A DNA stretch of 64,000 nucleotides from NCBI GenBank assembly GCA_050613775.1, contig JBODTK010000154.1, forward strand, positions 124,001 through 188,000. Reading direction: 5' to 3'. The position numbers and the translations under genes were made by a program. The DNA comes from Neocallimastix sp. 'constans'. Taxonomy: Eukaryota. Shown here in pieces: positions 63,834 to 64,000 of the stretch (positions are counted from its first letter, which is position 1; each line of letters starts with the position of its first letter). Under the pieces are notes generated by a model that ran no database searches, was not told the origin of the DNA, and saw nothing but the letters and a program-made list of their open reading frames with translations.

Positions 63834-64000
63834 ATCTAAATATTAAATATTAAAAAAATGAAATAATTTTAAAAAGGATTTTCATATAACTATATATTTA
63901 AAAAATCAATATAAAATAAAAAATAAGCTAAATTTTCAATTATTCAATATTATTAAAAATATTTAATTATATAAAATTTAAATAAAAATAACTAAAAATA

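Overview
Extremely AT-rich eukaryotic DNA with long poly(A/T) and (TAA)n tracts and short GT-AG introns. Tandem fungal dockerin (CBM10-like) modules fused to GH6 point to an anaerobic gut fungus (Neocallimastigomycota); this is an inference. The window holds seven intact, intronless, near-identical signal peptide + 2x dockerin + GH6 cellobiohydrolase genes in two clusters, plus one internally deleted GH6 pseudogene. It also has a secreted acidic protein, a 4-exon HINT3-like HIT gene, an intronless bacterial-like Nudix hydrolase, a 17-exon SCY1-like pseudokinase gene and several decayed transposon relics. The main finding is in the GH6 upstream regions, which are otherwise unalignable. All seven intact genes carry the same sense-oriented stem-loop (T)TTTCT-CTGGA-AGAAA(A) 70-200 nt before the ATG, and its CUGGA loop fits the CNGG(N) Smaug/Vts1 recognition element. 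Five genes also carry a second hairpin, TTGTA-TTGA(TT/G)-TACAA, with compensatory outer pairs. Neither is intact upstream of the pseudogene. This is a candidate cis-regulatory module, possibly post-transcriptional, for cellulosomal cellulases.
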